This document shows, one piece after another, positions 46,501 through 55,548 of a stretch of 64,000 nt of DNA. Numbering within the stretch: the stretch's first letter is position 1; every line of letters begins with the position of its first letter. The position numbers and the translations under genes are program-made. Location of the stretch: positions 68,345 through 132,344 of the forward strand of contig SHZU01000001.1 in assembly GCA_009692115.1 (NCBI GenBank), given 5' to 3'. The notes beneath the pieces were generated by a model, which searched no databases, was not told where the DNA came from, and saw only the letters and a list, made by a program, of their open reading frames with translations. The stretch comes from Gemmatimonadota bacterium (GTDB lineage: Bacteria > Gemmatimonadota > Gemmatimonadetes > Gemmatimonadales > GWC2-71-9).

Positions 46501-46793
46501 ATCTCGACGTGGTGTTCTTCCTCCCCGAGCGCCTCCCGCTGGGGGTAGAGGGCCACGCCGCCGCCAGTCAACTGCCCCAAGTCGGCCACCCAGCGCTCGG
46601 CCTCGGATGGCGTGTTGGCGACGATCACGATCAGCTGCGTCGGTCGCTCCCCTCGGAGCCACGCCGCCACCACGGCGGGACTCGAACCCGGCAGCCCCCC
46701 CAGCCGAAGCGTGACCCCGGCTCCCGGCAGCCGCTCCAAGAGTTCGCGGGCAAACCGGGTTCGGCTGAAGGCGTCAAGGACCGGCTGGAGCAT
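43524..46793 (-). CDS. mfd: Transcription-repair coupling factor
   Basis: CarD-like HLDHGIGIY. Helicase motifs GDVGYGKTE and VIDEEHRFG. TRCF C-terminal domain. The ATG at 46793 overlaps the upstream TAA (TAATG). Confidence 0.9.
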   Translation of the reverse strand: MLQPVLDAFSRTRFARELLERLPGAGVTLRLGGLPGSSPAVVAAWLRGERPTQLIVIVANTPSEAERWVADLGQLTGGGVALYPQREALGEEEHHVEIAGERTETLQALIAGALGILVTTARASAERTAIPAALAAYRLELARGAALSLRAVIEQLGSMGYSRVPTVTEVAQFSVRGGIIDLYGFGMATPVRAEWWGDVIESVRGFDLTSQRSGEEQEAVTVLPVRTVAAAVSADRGASVRRSLLDLLPTGTLVLVDSSTSNAEEVARAWREAEHHLEVARRLGEDPPARAEILLSPEQWGAALHRFAHLTLCEEPVDLQAGFFPPEKIDRDVKRLRSLLDGGLATLILCDNEGQLERLSELLDEHGRPGGAMLAVGALDGGFVMPALRVMTDHEVFRRARRLRRVRRYRQAAPTVVAGTLASGDYVVHLDHGIGIYRGITSIEVEGGAIEVAIVEYEGGDRLHVPLYRLDQIERYRSGSDDGDQPPPRIHRLGSGSWKKVRDKTREAIQQMAAELLELYARRQVNAGFASPPDTKWQRELESGFLYEDTPDQRRATDEVKKDMERPVPMDRLVVGDVGYGKTEIAVRAAFKAVQGGKQVAVLVPTTVLAEQHGRTFAERLADFPVKVEVLSRFRTAKEQKKALGELAAGTIDIVVGTHRLLSKDVEFKDLGLLVIDEEHRFGVKHKEMIKAIKLAVDVLTLTATPIPRTLHMSLAGIRDLSLIETAPRDRSPILTFVEPWDDGLLEEAFARELDRGGQVFMVHNRIETIETIAARVRALAPRARVAVGHGQMSADDLEAVMQKFVVGDLDILVSTMIVESGLDVPNANTMVVHDAHRFGLAQLYQLRGRVGRSHRRAYCYLLTPDLIDQEAEERLKVLEHHTELGAGYRIALKDLEIRGAGNLLGSEQSGHAHAVGFDLYLRWLEETVKSLRAGGGIVETPVPPDVVFDRPAQLPDEYVADDDSKLDIYRRLARAARPDEIDELRQELRERFGVLPDAAENLLDLTRLRVIGAGLGIQHILVRGDEARVSFRAGTTPRMARLTAALEHVQLAADIRRTVPLSLRLVRLGGEQIIPALVRALRQVGADK

Positions 46794-48571
46794 TACCGGC
46801 GCCCGCGCCGCAGGCTGGCCAGAGCCACCTCGACCACCGCCAACAGCAGGGCCGCCCACAGCAACGGACCCCGAAGGTCGCTCCGGGCTCCGGCCTGGAA
46901 GGCCGCCTGGCCGGCGGCGGCGAGGTCGGCCACGCGGGCGTTAGGCCAGATGGCGAGGACCTCCGAATCGCCGGCCCGGTCCAGATCTGATTCCCGCGGA
47001 TCAGGGTTCACACTCAGGACCCCGATGGTATCACGGCCGGCCAGGAGGAAATGCGGTCCGGCGTCGGCCGGCCGAAACGCCGATCCACCCTCGATCGTCC
47101 ACTGGCGGGCCCGGGCGGATACCATGGTGACCCGGTCCGGCATCAGAACCCGGTCGCCCGGAGCGGCCACCAGGTGAATCAACTCGCCCCGGGCGGCCCG
47201 GTTGAGCAGGGCGTCGAGAAACGGAACGAACCCGGCGGCGAGCGGCAGGGCGGTCCATCCCGGCTCCATCCGGCTCCCCACCAGCACGATCCGGCCCGAT
47301 CGAGCCACCCACGGCTCGCCGGCGGCGGTGACGAGCACGTCGGTTGGAGCGCCCCCTTGGAACACCAGACGGTGGCGACGGGTAATCCGCGCCCGCCCGA
47401 GCCATGGACCGCTGTCGGTGTTGACGGCCGTCAGGGCCACGTCGCCAAAGCGCCAAGCGGATCCCCGGGCGGCCAGCGCCCGGTTGAGCGCGCCGAGTTG
47501 GGCCGGATCGGCCGGCGGCGTCACCACCGCCCCGCCGCTGCCTAACGAGCCGAGACCGACCTCGGCCCCCGGCACGATCCGGCCGTTCTGGGCCAGCACC
47601 GACGCCGCCGTCGCGAGGTATTGGTCCGACGCCGACCACGCCACCCGAGCCGCCGGCGCAATCCGAACCGTCGCGCTTCGGCTATCGTCAGCGCGGAGTT
47701 CGTCGGGGTCGAGCGAGGCCTTGACGGTCCACCAGCCCGGGGCAACCCCGGTCACTCGCTGGGTTCCCACCCCGCCGACGGGCACCAGCAGTTGCTTCGG
47801 CGGCCGGTCGCCGACAACCAGCGTCACCGGCCGGGCCGGGCCGCCGGATCCGCGAACCAACAGGCTCGCGGTGCCGCCGTCGGCCCCCCAAGGCTGGCTC
47901 CCCACATCGAGGGTGCCGATGCCGGCATTGCCCGGCGGCGGCACCGAGGGCCGCAAGACCGTGATCGGCGCTCGCGAAAGACCGACGACGGCGGTGCGTT
48001 GCAGATCGGACACCACGATGACCTCGCCGGGCAGGCTCTGGCCGTCGAGGATCTCAGTCGCGAGGGTCACGAGCGCACCCAAATCAGCTCGCCGGCCGGT
48101 CGCAACTGCGGTGTCGATCCGACTCCGCTGAACCGGAGGCGCGCCCGGTCGGGCAATCCCATCGGCCGTGAGCAACCAAAGGCGGTCCTCGGACGTGGCC
48201 CGATCGACCACGGCACGGGCGGCGGTTTTGAGGCCGTCAAGCACCGGAACGCCGGCGGCGATCGTGCCGCTCGAGAGCGAATTGTCCAGAATCAACACCG
48301 CCGCCGTCGGGCCGTGATTCCCGAACCCGGCGGAGGGCCAACTCGGCCCCGACGCCGCGAGCACCAGCGCCACGACCAAGAGGGTCCGGACCAGCAGGAG
48401 AAGAAAGTGCTGCAGTTGGAGGCGGCGCTTATGATGTTCCGCCGCCTGAGCGAGATACCGGGTGGCTGGAAACATCACGGTGGGAGGTTCCCGCCGGGCC
48501 AACAAATGGAGCAGAATCGGGATCCCCGCCAGGACCAGCCCGCCCAGGACCCAGGGGAAAGCGAACGTCAT
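46793..48571 (-). CDS. BatA-domain protein (N-terminal double-TM anchor, large periplasmic region, C-terminal TM)
   Basis: MTFAFPWVLGGLVLAGIPILLHLLARREPPTVMFPATRYL is the characteristic BatA / TIGR02226 N-terminus. Confidence 0.7.
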   Translation of the reverse strand: MTFAFPWVLGGLVLAGIPILLHLLARREPPTVMFPATRYLAQAAEHHKRRLQLQHFLLLLVRTLLVVALVLAASGPSWPSAGFGNHGPTAAVLILDNSLSSGTIAAGVPVLDGLKTAARAVVDRATSEDRLWLLTADGIARPGAPPVQRSRIDTAVATGRRADLGALVTLATEILDGQSLPGEVIVVSDLQRTAVVGLSRAPITVLRPSVPPPGNAGIGTLDVGSQPWGADGGTASLLVRGSGGPARPVTLVVGDRPPKQLLVPVGGVGTQRVTGVAPGWWTVKASLDPDELRADDSRSATVRIAPAARVAWSASDQYLATAASVLAQNGRIVPGAEVGLGSLGSGGAVVTPPADPAQLGALNRALAARGSAWRFGDVALTAVNTDSGPWLGRARITRRHRLVFQGGAPTDVLVTAAGEPWVARSGRIVLVGSRMEPGWTALPLAAGFVPFLDALLNRAARGELIHLVAAPGDRVLMPDRVTMVSARARQWTIEGGSAFRPADAGPHFLLAGRDTIGVLSVNPDPRESDLDRAGDSEVLAIWPNARVADLAAAGQAAFQAGARSDLRGPLLWAALLLAVVEVALASLRRGRR

Positions 48572-49488
48572 GCGAGGTGAGTCGACTGAACCAACGCCTG
48601 CCGCAACGCCAGCCCGAACGGGGTGTCCGTGGTGACCCGCTCATAGGCCATGGCGTGGGCGCGGCAGGCGAGGCGCCAATCATGAACGACGCCCTCCACG
48701 GTCTTGGCATAGACCCCGGCCCAGTCGGCCGGCCGAATCGTCACGTGCTGGCCGGTTTCCGGGTCCTCGAACCGCGCTTCGGCCGGACCGCCTAACGCCA
48801 GCTCCGCCGGATCCATGACGTGCAGCACCAGCACTTGATGGCCTCGGTGCCGGAGGAACCGGAGCGCCTTGATGGTCAGCTCGCGGTCAAGCAAGAGGTC
48901 GGAGACGAAGATGACCAGGCCTCGCCGGCGGAGTTGATCAACGACCCGCCGGAGCGCCGGCTCCGCCGCCGTCGCCGAGCCGGCATCGGTATGGTGGAGG
49001 GCCGCGAGGATCTGGTGCCAGTGGGTCATCCGGGCCCGGGGCGGGGTGATCGAGCGCACCACCTCGTCGAACGTGATCAGGCCGGTGGCGTCCCGCTGTC
49101 GGAGCAACACCAACACCATGGCAGCCACCAACCGCTTGGCGTACTCGAGCTTGGTCAGTCGGCCACCCGGAACCCCGGACCAGCCCATCGACTTGCTGGA
49201 ATCGAGCACCACCATGGCCCGCAGATTGGTCTCTTCCTCGAACTGCTTGACGTAAAGCCGGTCGTTGCGGGCCAGGACTTTCCAATCAACATATCGAAGT
49301 TCATCACCCGGCTGATACGCCCGATGCTCGGCAAACTCGACCGAAAAACCCCGCTTCGGGGACCGGTGCAGTCCGGTCAGGAAGCCTTCGACGATGCCTT
49401 GGGTCAGAACCTCAATACCGCCGAGCCGAGCGACCTCCATCGGGTCGAGGAGGTCAATTCGCTCTTTCGCTCGGCTGGTGGTCACCAT
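48568..49488 (-). CDS. DUF58-family protein (vWA-like, MoxR-system associated)
   Basis: The core YQPGDELRYVDWKVLARNDRLYVKQFEEETN is typical of DUF58. Its stop overlaps the BatA ATG (ATGA). Confidence 0.75.
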   Translation of the reverse strand: MVTTSRAKERIDLLDPMEVARLGGIEVLTQGIVEGFLTGLHRSPKRGFSVEFAEHRAYQPGDELRYVDWKVLARNDRLYVKQFEEETNLRAMVVLDSSKSMGWSGVPGGRLTKLEYAKRLVAAMVLVLLRQRDATGLITFDEVVRSITPPRARMTHWHQILAALHHTDAGSATAAEPALRRVVDQLRRRGLVIFVSDLLLDRELTIKALRFLRHRGHQVLVLHVMDPAELALGGPAEARFEDPETGQHVTIRPADWAGVYAKTVEGVVHDWRLACRAHAMAYERVTTDTPFGLALRQALVQSTHLA

Positions 49489-49981
49489 AGGCGGCGGAAC
49501 GTACGGGGAGATAGAGAGAGAGTCAACGCGAGGCCACCGGTGTCCCGCCCGGGGGACACTCCCCGATGGACTGAATCGAGCCCGGTTCGCTATCCGGTTG
49601 GTTCACTGGCGGTTACCCGATCGGCATCTGGTGGCACACGACCTGCCATCGCTAGCTTTGCCTCCAATGACGGAATCCTCAGTGTTCAGTGGTTTGGTGG
49701 GACCGACGGTGTTGGTCGTCGCGCTGCTTGGAGGTTCTTCCTCCCCCGGGCGTCCCTGGGTCGCGTCGGCGATCAGCCCGTTCGTTCAAGACTCGATCAG
49801 ACCGAAGCCGCCCCCAGTTCAGAAGCCCACGCCGGCTCCGAAGCAACCCGAACTCCGCCGCCGGAAACCACCGCCCCCCCCCCGGCCGACCCCGCCCTGA
49901 TCCCGCTCGTCACATCAGCCGCCCTTGCATCCACGCCGGGGCGGTTAGTTTTGCTCGACTGATTCACCATTGGAGAACGAC

Positions 49982-51496
49982 GTGAAGGTTGGATGCTTGG
50001 TGGCGACGATCGGCTGCCTGACGGTCCCCCTGCGTGCCCAGTCGGCGGCAACCCGGGCGGCCGCGACCATTACCGAAGCCGATGTCAAACGGCGGATCCA
50101 CATCGTGGCCCACGATTCCATGGGTGGCCGCGATACCCCGAGCCGGGGGCTCGACCTGACGGCCCGATGGATGGCCACCGAGTTCAAGCAGCTCGGGCTC
50201 AAGCCACCCGGTTCGTCTCCCGATTTCGTGCTACCCTACAAAATTACCACCCGCCGCGTCGTACCGGCCGGTTCGTCCGTGTCCTTCACCGGACCGGGGA
50301 GCGCCATCACGTTTCAGGTCGGCCGGGACGCCTCGGTCGCGGTAGCCGGCGGCGGCGGTGAATTCCCGGTCGTCCTGCTCGGCGGCGGCATCGACAGCGC
50401 CACGTCGGCGGAGCTCAAGGGCAAGGCCGTCGTGTGGGTGGCCGATTGGAGCGCGGGGTTCCCCGCGGACGCCAACAAGGTTCTCCAGGCCGCCTTCGTC
50501 GGTGGCGCCAAATTGATGGTAGCGATGGTCAACAATCCGGGCGCCTTCAACCAACTAGCCGGTCAGTCAGCCGATGAAACCGTCGTCGGCGTCGGCCCCC
50601 GCGAAGGGCTTTCGGTCTTCCTGGCCAACGCCGCGGCCGTCGCGGCGCAGTCACCGGAGGCAGTGGAGCACCTCGCCCAGATTCGGGCGGCGACTACTCC
50701 GACCATCGTGCCGGCTCCCGATTGGACCGCCAAATCCACCATTCGCGATACGATCTTGAGCGCCTTGGAGGCTCCGAACGTCGCGGGGGTTATCGAGGGC
50801 ACCGACCCGGTCCTCAAGAACGAATACGTCGTCGTCTCGGCGCACATGGACCACCTGGGCCAGAGCCCAAGCTGCAAAGGGTCGAGCGACAAGGACCGAA
50901 TTTGCAATGGCGCCGATGACGACGGGTCGGGCACCGTCGGCATCGTCGAGCTGGCCGAAGCGTTCGCACAAACTGGGGCCCGGCCCAAACGGTCGGTGCT
51001 CTTTCTCGGCGTCAGTGGCGAAGAAAAGGGGCTCTGGGGCAGTGCCCAGTTCGTCAAGAACCCGCCGGTCCCGATTGAAGCCATGGTGGCCAATCTCAAC
51101 ATCGACATGATCGGTCGGAACTGGAAAGACACCGTGGTGGCCATCGGGATGCAGCATTCCGACCTCGGTACGACGCTGGCCAAGGTCGCGGCCGAACACC
51201 CCGATCTCGGGATGGCCGCCATCGACGACCGGTGGCCGGAAGAGAATCTCTACTTCCGGTCCGACCATTACAACTTTGCCCTGAAGGGCGTCCCGGTACT
51301 GTTCTTTACGAGCGGCCTCCACGACGATTACCACGCCGTCAGCGACACCCCGGACCGGCTCGACGCGGAAAAAGAGGCCAGGATTCTGAGACTGATCTTT
51401 CATCTGGCCACCACGATCGGAAATGCACCCGAGCGGCCCACGTGGAATCCGGCGAGCTACGGGAAGTTCGTCGAAAAACCGAACCCGGTTCCCTGA
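49982..51496 (+). CDS. Peptidase M28 (aminopeptidase with PA-like insert), exported
   Basis: SD GGAG sits 6 nt before the GTG at 49982 (VKVGCLVATIGCLTVPLRAQS). Metal ligand motifs SAHMDHLG, GADDDGSGT, SGEEKGLWGS and YHAVSD. Confidence 0.8.
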   Translation: MKVGCLVATIGCLTVPLRAQSAATRAAATITEADVKRRIHIVAHDSMGGRDTPSRGLDLTARWMATEFKQLGLKPPGSSPDFVLPYKITTRRVVPAGSSVSFTGPGSAITFQVGRDASVAVAGGGGEFPVVLLGGGIDSATSAELKGKAVVWVADWSAGFPADANKVLQAAFVGGAKLMVAMVNNPGAFNQLAGQSADETVVGVGPREGLSVFLANAAAVAAQSPEAVEHLAQIRAATTPTIVPAPDWTAKSTIRDTILSALEAPNVAGVIEGTDPVLKNEYVVVSAHMDHLGQSPSCKGSSDKDRICNGADDDGSGTVGIVELAEAFAQTGARPKRSVLFLGVSGEEKGLWGSAQFVKNPPVPIEAMVANLNIDMIGRNWKDTVVAIGMQHSDLGTTLAKVAAEHPDLGMAAIDDRWPEENLYFRSDHYNFALKGVPVLFFTSGLHDDYHAVSDTPDRLDAEKEARILRLIFHLATTIGNAPERPTWNPASYGKFVEKPNPVP

Positions 51497-51497
51497 G

Positions 51498-51854
51498 ATG
51501 AGCGACAGTATCGAAGAGTTCAACCGATTCCGTGGGGCCATGAACCAGAAGGTCTTCGCCGCCGGGAACCTGACGACGAACCGGTTCTTCAACCTCGACA
51601 CCCGCGCCTACGAGGCCGGGGCGCTCGACGTCAAGACCAAGGAACTCCTTGGCTTGGTGGCGTCGATGGTGCTCCGCTGTGACGACTGCATTACCTACCA
51701 CGTCCAGCGATGCTGCGACGAAGGGGTGACCGACCCCGAGATGCATGAGGCGTTTTCGATCGGCCTGGTGGTCGGGGGGTCCATTGTGATTCCCCACCTC
51801 CGCCGAGCGGTGGCCCGGCTTGAGGAGGTCCGTCAGTCAAGCAGCGCGCCTTAA
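51498..51854 (+). CDS. Carboxymuconolactone decarboxylase (AhpD-like) family protein
   Basis: CxxC motif in LRCDDCITYHV. 118 aa. ATG lies 1 nt after the upstream stop. Confidence 0.7.
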   Translation: MSDSIEEFNRFRGAMNQKVFAAGNLTTNRFFNLDTRAYEAGALDVKTKELLGLVASMVLRCDDCITYHVQRCCDEGVTDPEMHEAFSIGLVVGGSIVIPHLRRAVARLEEVRQSSSAP

Positions 51855-52747
51855 GGTTCCTCGGCCTCGCCGGGGGCCCGGCTCACCAATACGCCGATAA
51901 TGACCAGTGCCGCTCCGACCCCTTGGAGCGGCACTGGTTTTTCCCCGAGAAGAATCCACGCGGCGACGGCGGCAAAGACCGGGGTGATGCAGTTGTAGAG
52001 TGCGGTCCGGCTGCCGCCTAGTGCTTTGAGACTCCGGGTCCAGAGTACCGATGCCACCACCGACGACAGGATCGACGAATACGCGAGGGCCACCCACACG
52101 CTCGGGTGGAGTGACCCGATCTCGAACCCTCCAACCACCGGCACCGCGGCGAGCATCAGCCCGGGGGTTCCCCCTAAATGAGTCAAGGCCGTGACTTGCG
52201 CCGAGTTGAGACCGAGGGCGGCGTGACGGACACCAAGGGTGAACATGGCCCAGAAGAGCAGCGCGAGCAGACTCAAGCCGTCCCCTCGCATTGTCTCGGC
52301 ACTGAAATGGATGCCCTTGGCCCCGACGACCACCGCAACGCCAACGGTCCCGAGCACAATCCCGAGCCACACCCGGGGCGTGGGGCGTTCGGATCCGAGC
52401 ACGACACTGAGGAGTGCCACGACCACCGGCAGGTTGCCGAAGATCACCGCGCTGTTGGTGGCGGTGGTGGATTGGAGGCCGTAGAGGAACGCCAGCTGGT
52501 TGAGCGTGTGGCCGACCACCCCCCACCCAAGCAGTCTCCGAATCGTGCCCCAGCTGACCGGCCCGGACTGTTTGAGGCCCCACACCAGCAACCAGAGGAG
52601 CGCGGTGCTGATGCCGAATCGGAGGGCCGCGAAAATGACTGGGGAAACGTGCCCAAGGGCGATCTTCGAGACGCTGTAGTTGCCGCCCCAAATCAGCGAG
52701 ACGACCACCAAGCCGACATCGTGGCGAGACCATCGTTTGGCGGTCAC
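51851..52747 (-). CDS. EamA/DMT-family transporter (downstream paralogue)
   Basis: 10-TM pattern with LIWGGNYSVSKIAL. The GTG start overlaps the upstream TGA (GTGA at 52744-52747). Confidence 0.75.
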   Translation of the reverse strand: MTAKRWSRHDVGLVVVSLIWGGNYSVSKIALGHVSPVIFAALRFGISTALLWLLVWGLKQSGPVSWGTIRRLLGWGVVGHTLNQLAFLYGLQSTTATNSAVIFGNLPVVVALLSVVLGSERPTPRVWLGIVLGTVGVAVVVGAKGIHFSAETMRGDGLSLLALLFWAMFTLGVRHAALGLNSAQVTALTHLGGTPGLMLAAVPVVGGFEIGSLHPSVWVALAYSSILSSVVASVLWTRSLKALGGSRTALYNCITPVFAAVAAWILLGEKPVPLQGVGAALVIIGVLVSRAPGEAEEP

Positions 52748-53652
52748 GCCGGTGCGCTGGTCCGCCGGCTCAAGAACACCCCGGCAAAGACCAACCCCGC
52801 CCCGACCCCCTGGCTCCACACCAGCCGTTCGCCCAGGACCACCCACGCGACGCCGGCCGCAAAGACCGGAGTGATGCAGTTGTAGATCGCGGTTCGGCTG
52901 CCGCCGATGGCCCGGACCGCGTAGCTCCAGATGATGTACGAAATCACGATGGCGAACACCGCCGAGAAGACCAGCGCGAACCAAGTCCCGGCGGAGAGAC
53001 CGCTCCACCCGAGAGCCCGGAGCTCCGGGTAGGATGCGAGCACGAGGCCCGGGGTGCCGGCGTAGGTGGTGAGCGCCGCCACCCTGAGCGGGTTTTGGTC
53101 ATGGCCAACGAACCGAATCCCGACCGTGAAGGCCGCCCAGCACACCGAGGCCGCAAGCACCAGGAGATCGCCCCGCATCGTCAGGACCGAGAAGGTCGCG
53201 CCCTGAGCCGCGACCACCAGCACGACCCCAGCCGTCGCCACCAGAATGCCGAGCCAGAGCCTGCCGGAGGCTCGCTCCACCCCGAGGACCGCAGACAAGA
53301 CGGCCACGACGACCGGCAACGAGGCCAGAACGAGGGACGCGTTGATCGCGCTGGTGGTAACCAGGCCGGTCATAAAGGCGATTTGATAGCCGGTGTTCCC
53401 GACCACGCCGAGCCCCGCCAGCAACCACGCCGTCCGGGGGGGAATCCGTGGCACCGGGTTGAGGTAGGTGACGATCGCGAGGAACAGCAGACTCGACAAC
53501 GCAAATCGAACCGCGGCGAATGCAATCGGCGGAATGGCCGCCAACGCGAACTTATTGGCGCTGAAATTGGCCCCCCAGATCAGGGCCACGAACAGCATGC
53601 CGAGCTCGGCACTCAGGACTCGGCGCTCGGCGCTCGGCAGACGGGTTGGCAT
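52744..53652 (-). CDS. EamA/DMT-family transporter (upstream paralogue)
   Basis: 10-TM pattern with LIWGANFSANKFAL. The start is either ATG 53652 (which reads through the heptamer repeat as MPTRLPSAERRVLSAELG) or ATG 53598. Confidence 0.75.
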   Translation of the reverse strand: MPTRLPSAERRVLSAELGMLFVALIWGANFSANKFALAAIPPIAFAAVRFALSSLLFLAIVTYLNPVPRIPPRTAWLLAGLGVVGNTGYQIAFMTGLVTTSAINASLVLASLPVVVAVLSAVLGVERASGRLWLGILVATAGVVLVVAAQGATFSVLTMRGDLLVLAASVCWAAFTVGIRFVGHDQNPLRVAALTTYAGTPGLVLASYPELRALGWSGLSAGTWFALVFSAVFAIVISYIIWSYAVRAIGGSRTAIYNCITPVFAAGVAWVVLGERLVWSQGVGAGLVFAGVFLSRRTSAPA

Positions 53653-53717
53653 GGGGAATGGACAAGTTAATCGGGAGTGGGCGCCGAGCCGAGTCCCGAA
53701 TGCCGAGCGCCGAGCGA
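53604..53717. repeat. Degenerate inverted heptamer arrays (about 5 units each) separated by about 40 nt
   Basis: Left arm gctcggcactcaggactcggcgctcggcgctcggc (53604-53638). Right arm cgccgagccgagtcccgaatgccgagcgccgagcg (53682-53716). Confidence 0.75.
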
Positions 53718-53730
53718 CTATATTCCCTCC

Positions 53731-55536
53731 ATGAAGCAGGAACGAATCCGGAATTTTTGTATCGTGGCCCACATCGACCACGGTAAATCGACCCTGGCGG
53801 ATCGGCTGATCGAGACGACCGGGACGTTGGGCAAACGACAGATGCGCGAGCAGGTCCTCGACACGATGGACCTGGAGCGGGAGCGTGGGATCACGATCAA
53901 GCTCAACGCCTGCCGGATGTCCTATCACGCCAAGGACGGGATCGAGTACCAGCTCAACTTGATCGATACCCCGGGGCATGTGGACTTCACCTACGAGGTG
54001 TCGCGGTCACTGGCGGCGTGTGAGGGCGCGGTGCTCGTCGTCGATGCCTCGCAGGGGGTGCAGGCCCAAACGCTTTCCAACCTGTTCCTGGCGATGGAAG
54101 CCGGCCTCGAGATCGTGCCGGTCCTCAACAAGATCGATCTTCCCGGAGCCGAACCGGAAAAGCGGGCCCTTGAGCTGATGGAATTGCTGGGGGTAGCCCG
54201 CGAGGACATTCTGGCGGTGTCGGCGAAGGAAGGGACCGGGGTTCCGGAACTACTCGAAGCCATTGTCGCCAAAGTGCCGATGCCCCGGGGCAACCCGGGC
54301 TTGCCCCTCCGGGCGTTGGTGTTCGATTCGTATTACGACCGCTATCGCGGCGCCGTCCCGACCGTCCGGGTCGTGGACGGGACCATCACCAAGGGGACCA
54401 AGATCCACTTCGGATCCCATCCGGACAACGTCTACGAGGTGGCCGAAGTCGGATTCCCCGCACTCGGCAAATTCGAAACCGACCGGCTGAGCGCGGGCGA
54501 GGTCGGCTATGTGGTCGCCAGCGTCCGGGGCGTCCGCGATGCCCGGGTCGGCGACACCATTCTCGACGCCACCAATCCCGCCACGGAGTTGCTGGCCGGA
54601 TACCGGGAAGTCCGGTCAATGGTGTTTGCCGGCGTGTACCCGACCACCACCGACCAATACGAAGATCTCCGGGACGCCCTGGAGAAGCTCCAGATCAACG
54701 ATGCCAGCCTCAACTACCAGCCGGAGTCGTCGCTGGCCCTCGGGTTCGGGTTCCGGTGCGGATTTCTCGGGCTCCTCCACATGGAAATCGTCCAGGAGCG
54801 ATTGGAGCGGGAGTTCAATCTCGCGCTGATCACCACGGTACCGACGGTGGAGTATCATGTCTTGCTCACCAACGGCCAGGAAATGGTGGTTGAGAACCCG
54901 TCGACCCTCCCGGAGTCGGGATTGCGGGCCCGGATCGATGAGCCCTACGTCAAAGCCCGGATCGTGTCGCCGACGGACTACATCGGCGCGATCATGAAGC
55001 TGGGCCAGGACCGCCGCGGGGTCTACAACGGCATGCATTTCATCGATCCGACCCGGGTCGAGTTCAGTTTCGACTTTCCGCTGGGCGAGATCGTGCTGGA
55101 TTTTTATGACCGGCTGAAATCGCTGTCACGGGGATACGCGTCGCTCGATTACGAAATGGCCGGATACCGGACCAGCGACTTGGTCAAACTCGATCTCCTG
55201 ATCAACGGCGAGCAGATCGACGCCTTCAGCGTCATCGTCCATGAGGACAAAGCCAACGACTGGGGCCGGAAGATCGCCGAGAAGCTCAAGGAGCTGATTC
55301 CGCGGCAATTGTTTCCAGTGGCCATTCAGGCGGCCATCGGGGCCAAGATCATCTGCCGGGAAACCGTCTCGGCCCTCCGCAAGGACGTGCTGGCCAAGTG
55401 CTACGGGGGCGACATCACCCGGAAGCGCAAGCTCCTCGAGAAGCAGAAAGAGGGCAAGAAGCGGATGAAGCAGATCGGCCAGGTCGAAATTCCCCAAGAA
55501 GCCTTCCTGGCGGTACTCCAAGTCGATAGCGACTAG
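53731..55536 (+). CDS. lepA: Elongation factor 4
   Basis: [40 protein letters not shown] and the LepA C-terminal region. Confidence 0.9.
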   Translation: MKQERIRNFCIVAHIDHGKSTLADRLIETTGTLGKRQMREQVLDTMDLERERGITIKLNACRMSYHAKDGIEYQLNLIDTPGHVDFTYEVSRSLAACEGAVLVVDASQGVQAQTLSNLFLAMEAGLEIVPVLNKIDLPGAEPEKRALELMELLGVAREDILAVSAKEGTGVPELLEAIVAKVPMPRGNPGLPLRALVFDSYYDRYRGAVPTVRVVDGTITKGTKIHFGSHPDNVYEVAEVGFPALGKFETDRLSAGEVGYVVASVRGVRDARVGDTILDATNPATELLAGYREVRSMVFAGVYPTTTDQYEDLRDALEKLQINDASLNYQPESSLALGFGFRCGFLGLLHMEIVQERLEREFNLALITTVPTVEYHVLLTNGQEMVVENPSTLPESGLRARIDEPYVKARIVSPTDYIGAIMKLGQDRRGVYNGMHFIDPTRVEFSFDFPLGEIVLDFYDRLKSLSRGYASLDYEMAGYRTSDLVKLDLLINGEQIDAFSVIVHEDKANDWGRKIAEKLKELIPRQLFPVAIQAAIGAKIICRETVSALRKDVLAKCYGGDITRKRKLLEKQKEGKKRMKQIGQVEIPQEAFLAVLQVDSD

Positions 55537-55548
55537 CGAGAGGCCGGG

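Noticed and set aside
49500-49660. A lower-GC, structured-looking stretch considered as an ncRNA (tmRNA, SRP, RNase P, 6S or riboswitch)
   Set aside because: None of the conserved boxes I know for these RNAs is present, for example GAGGAAAGUCC for RNase P or the tRNA-like end of tmRNA. It is kept only as part of the long-intergenic finding.
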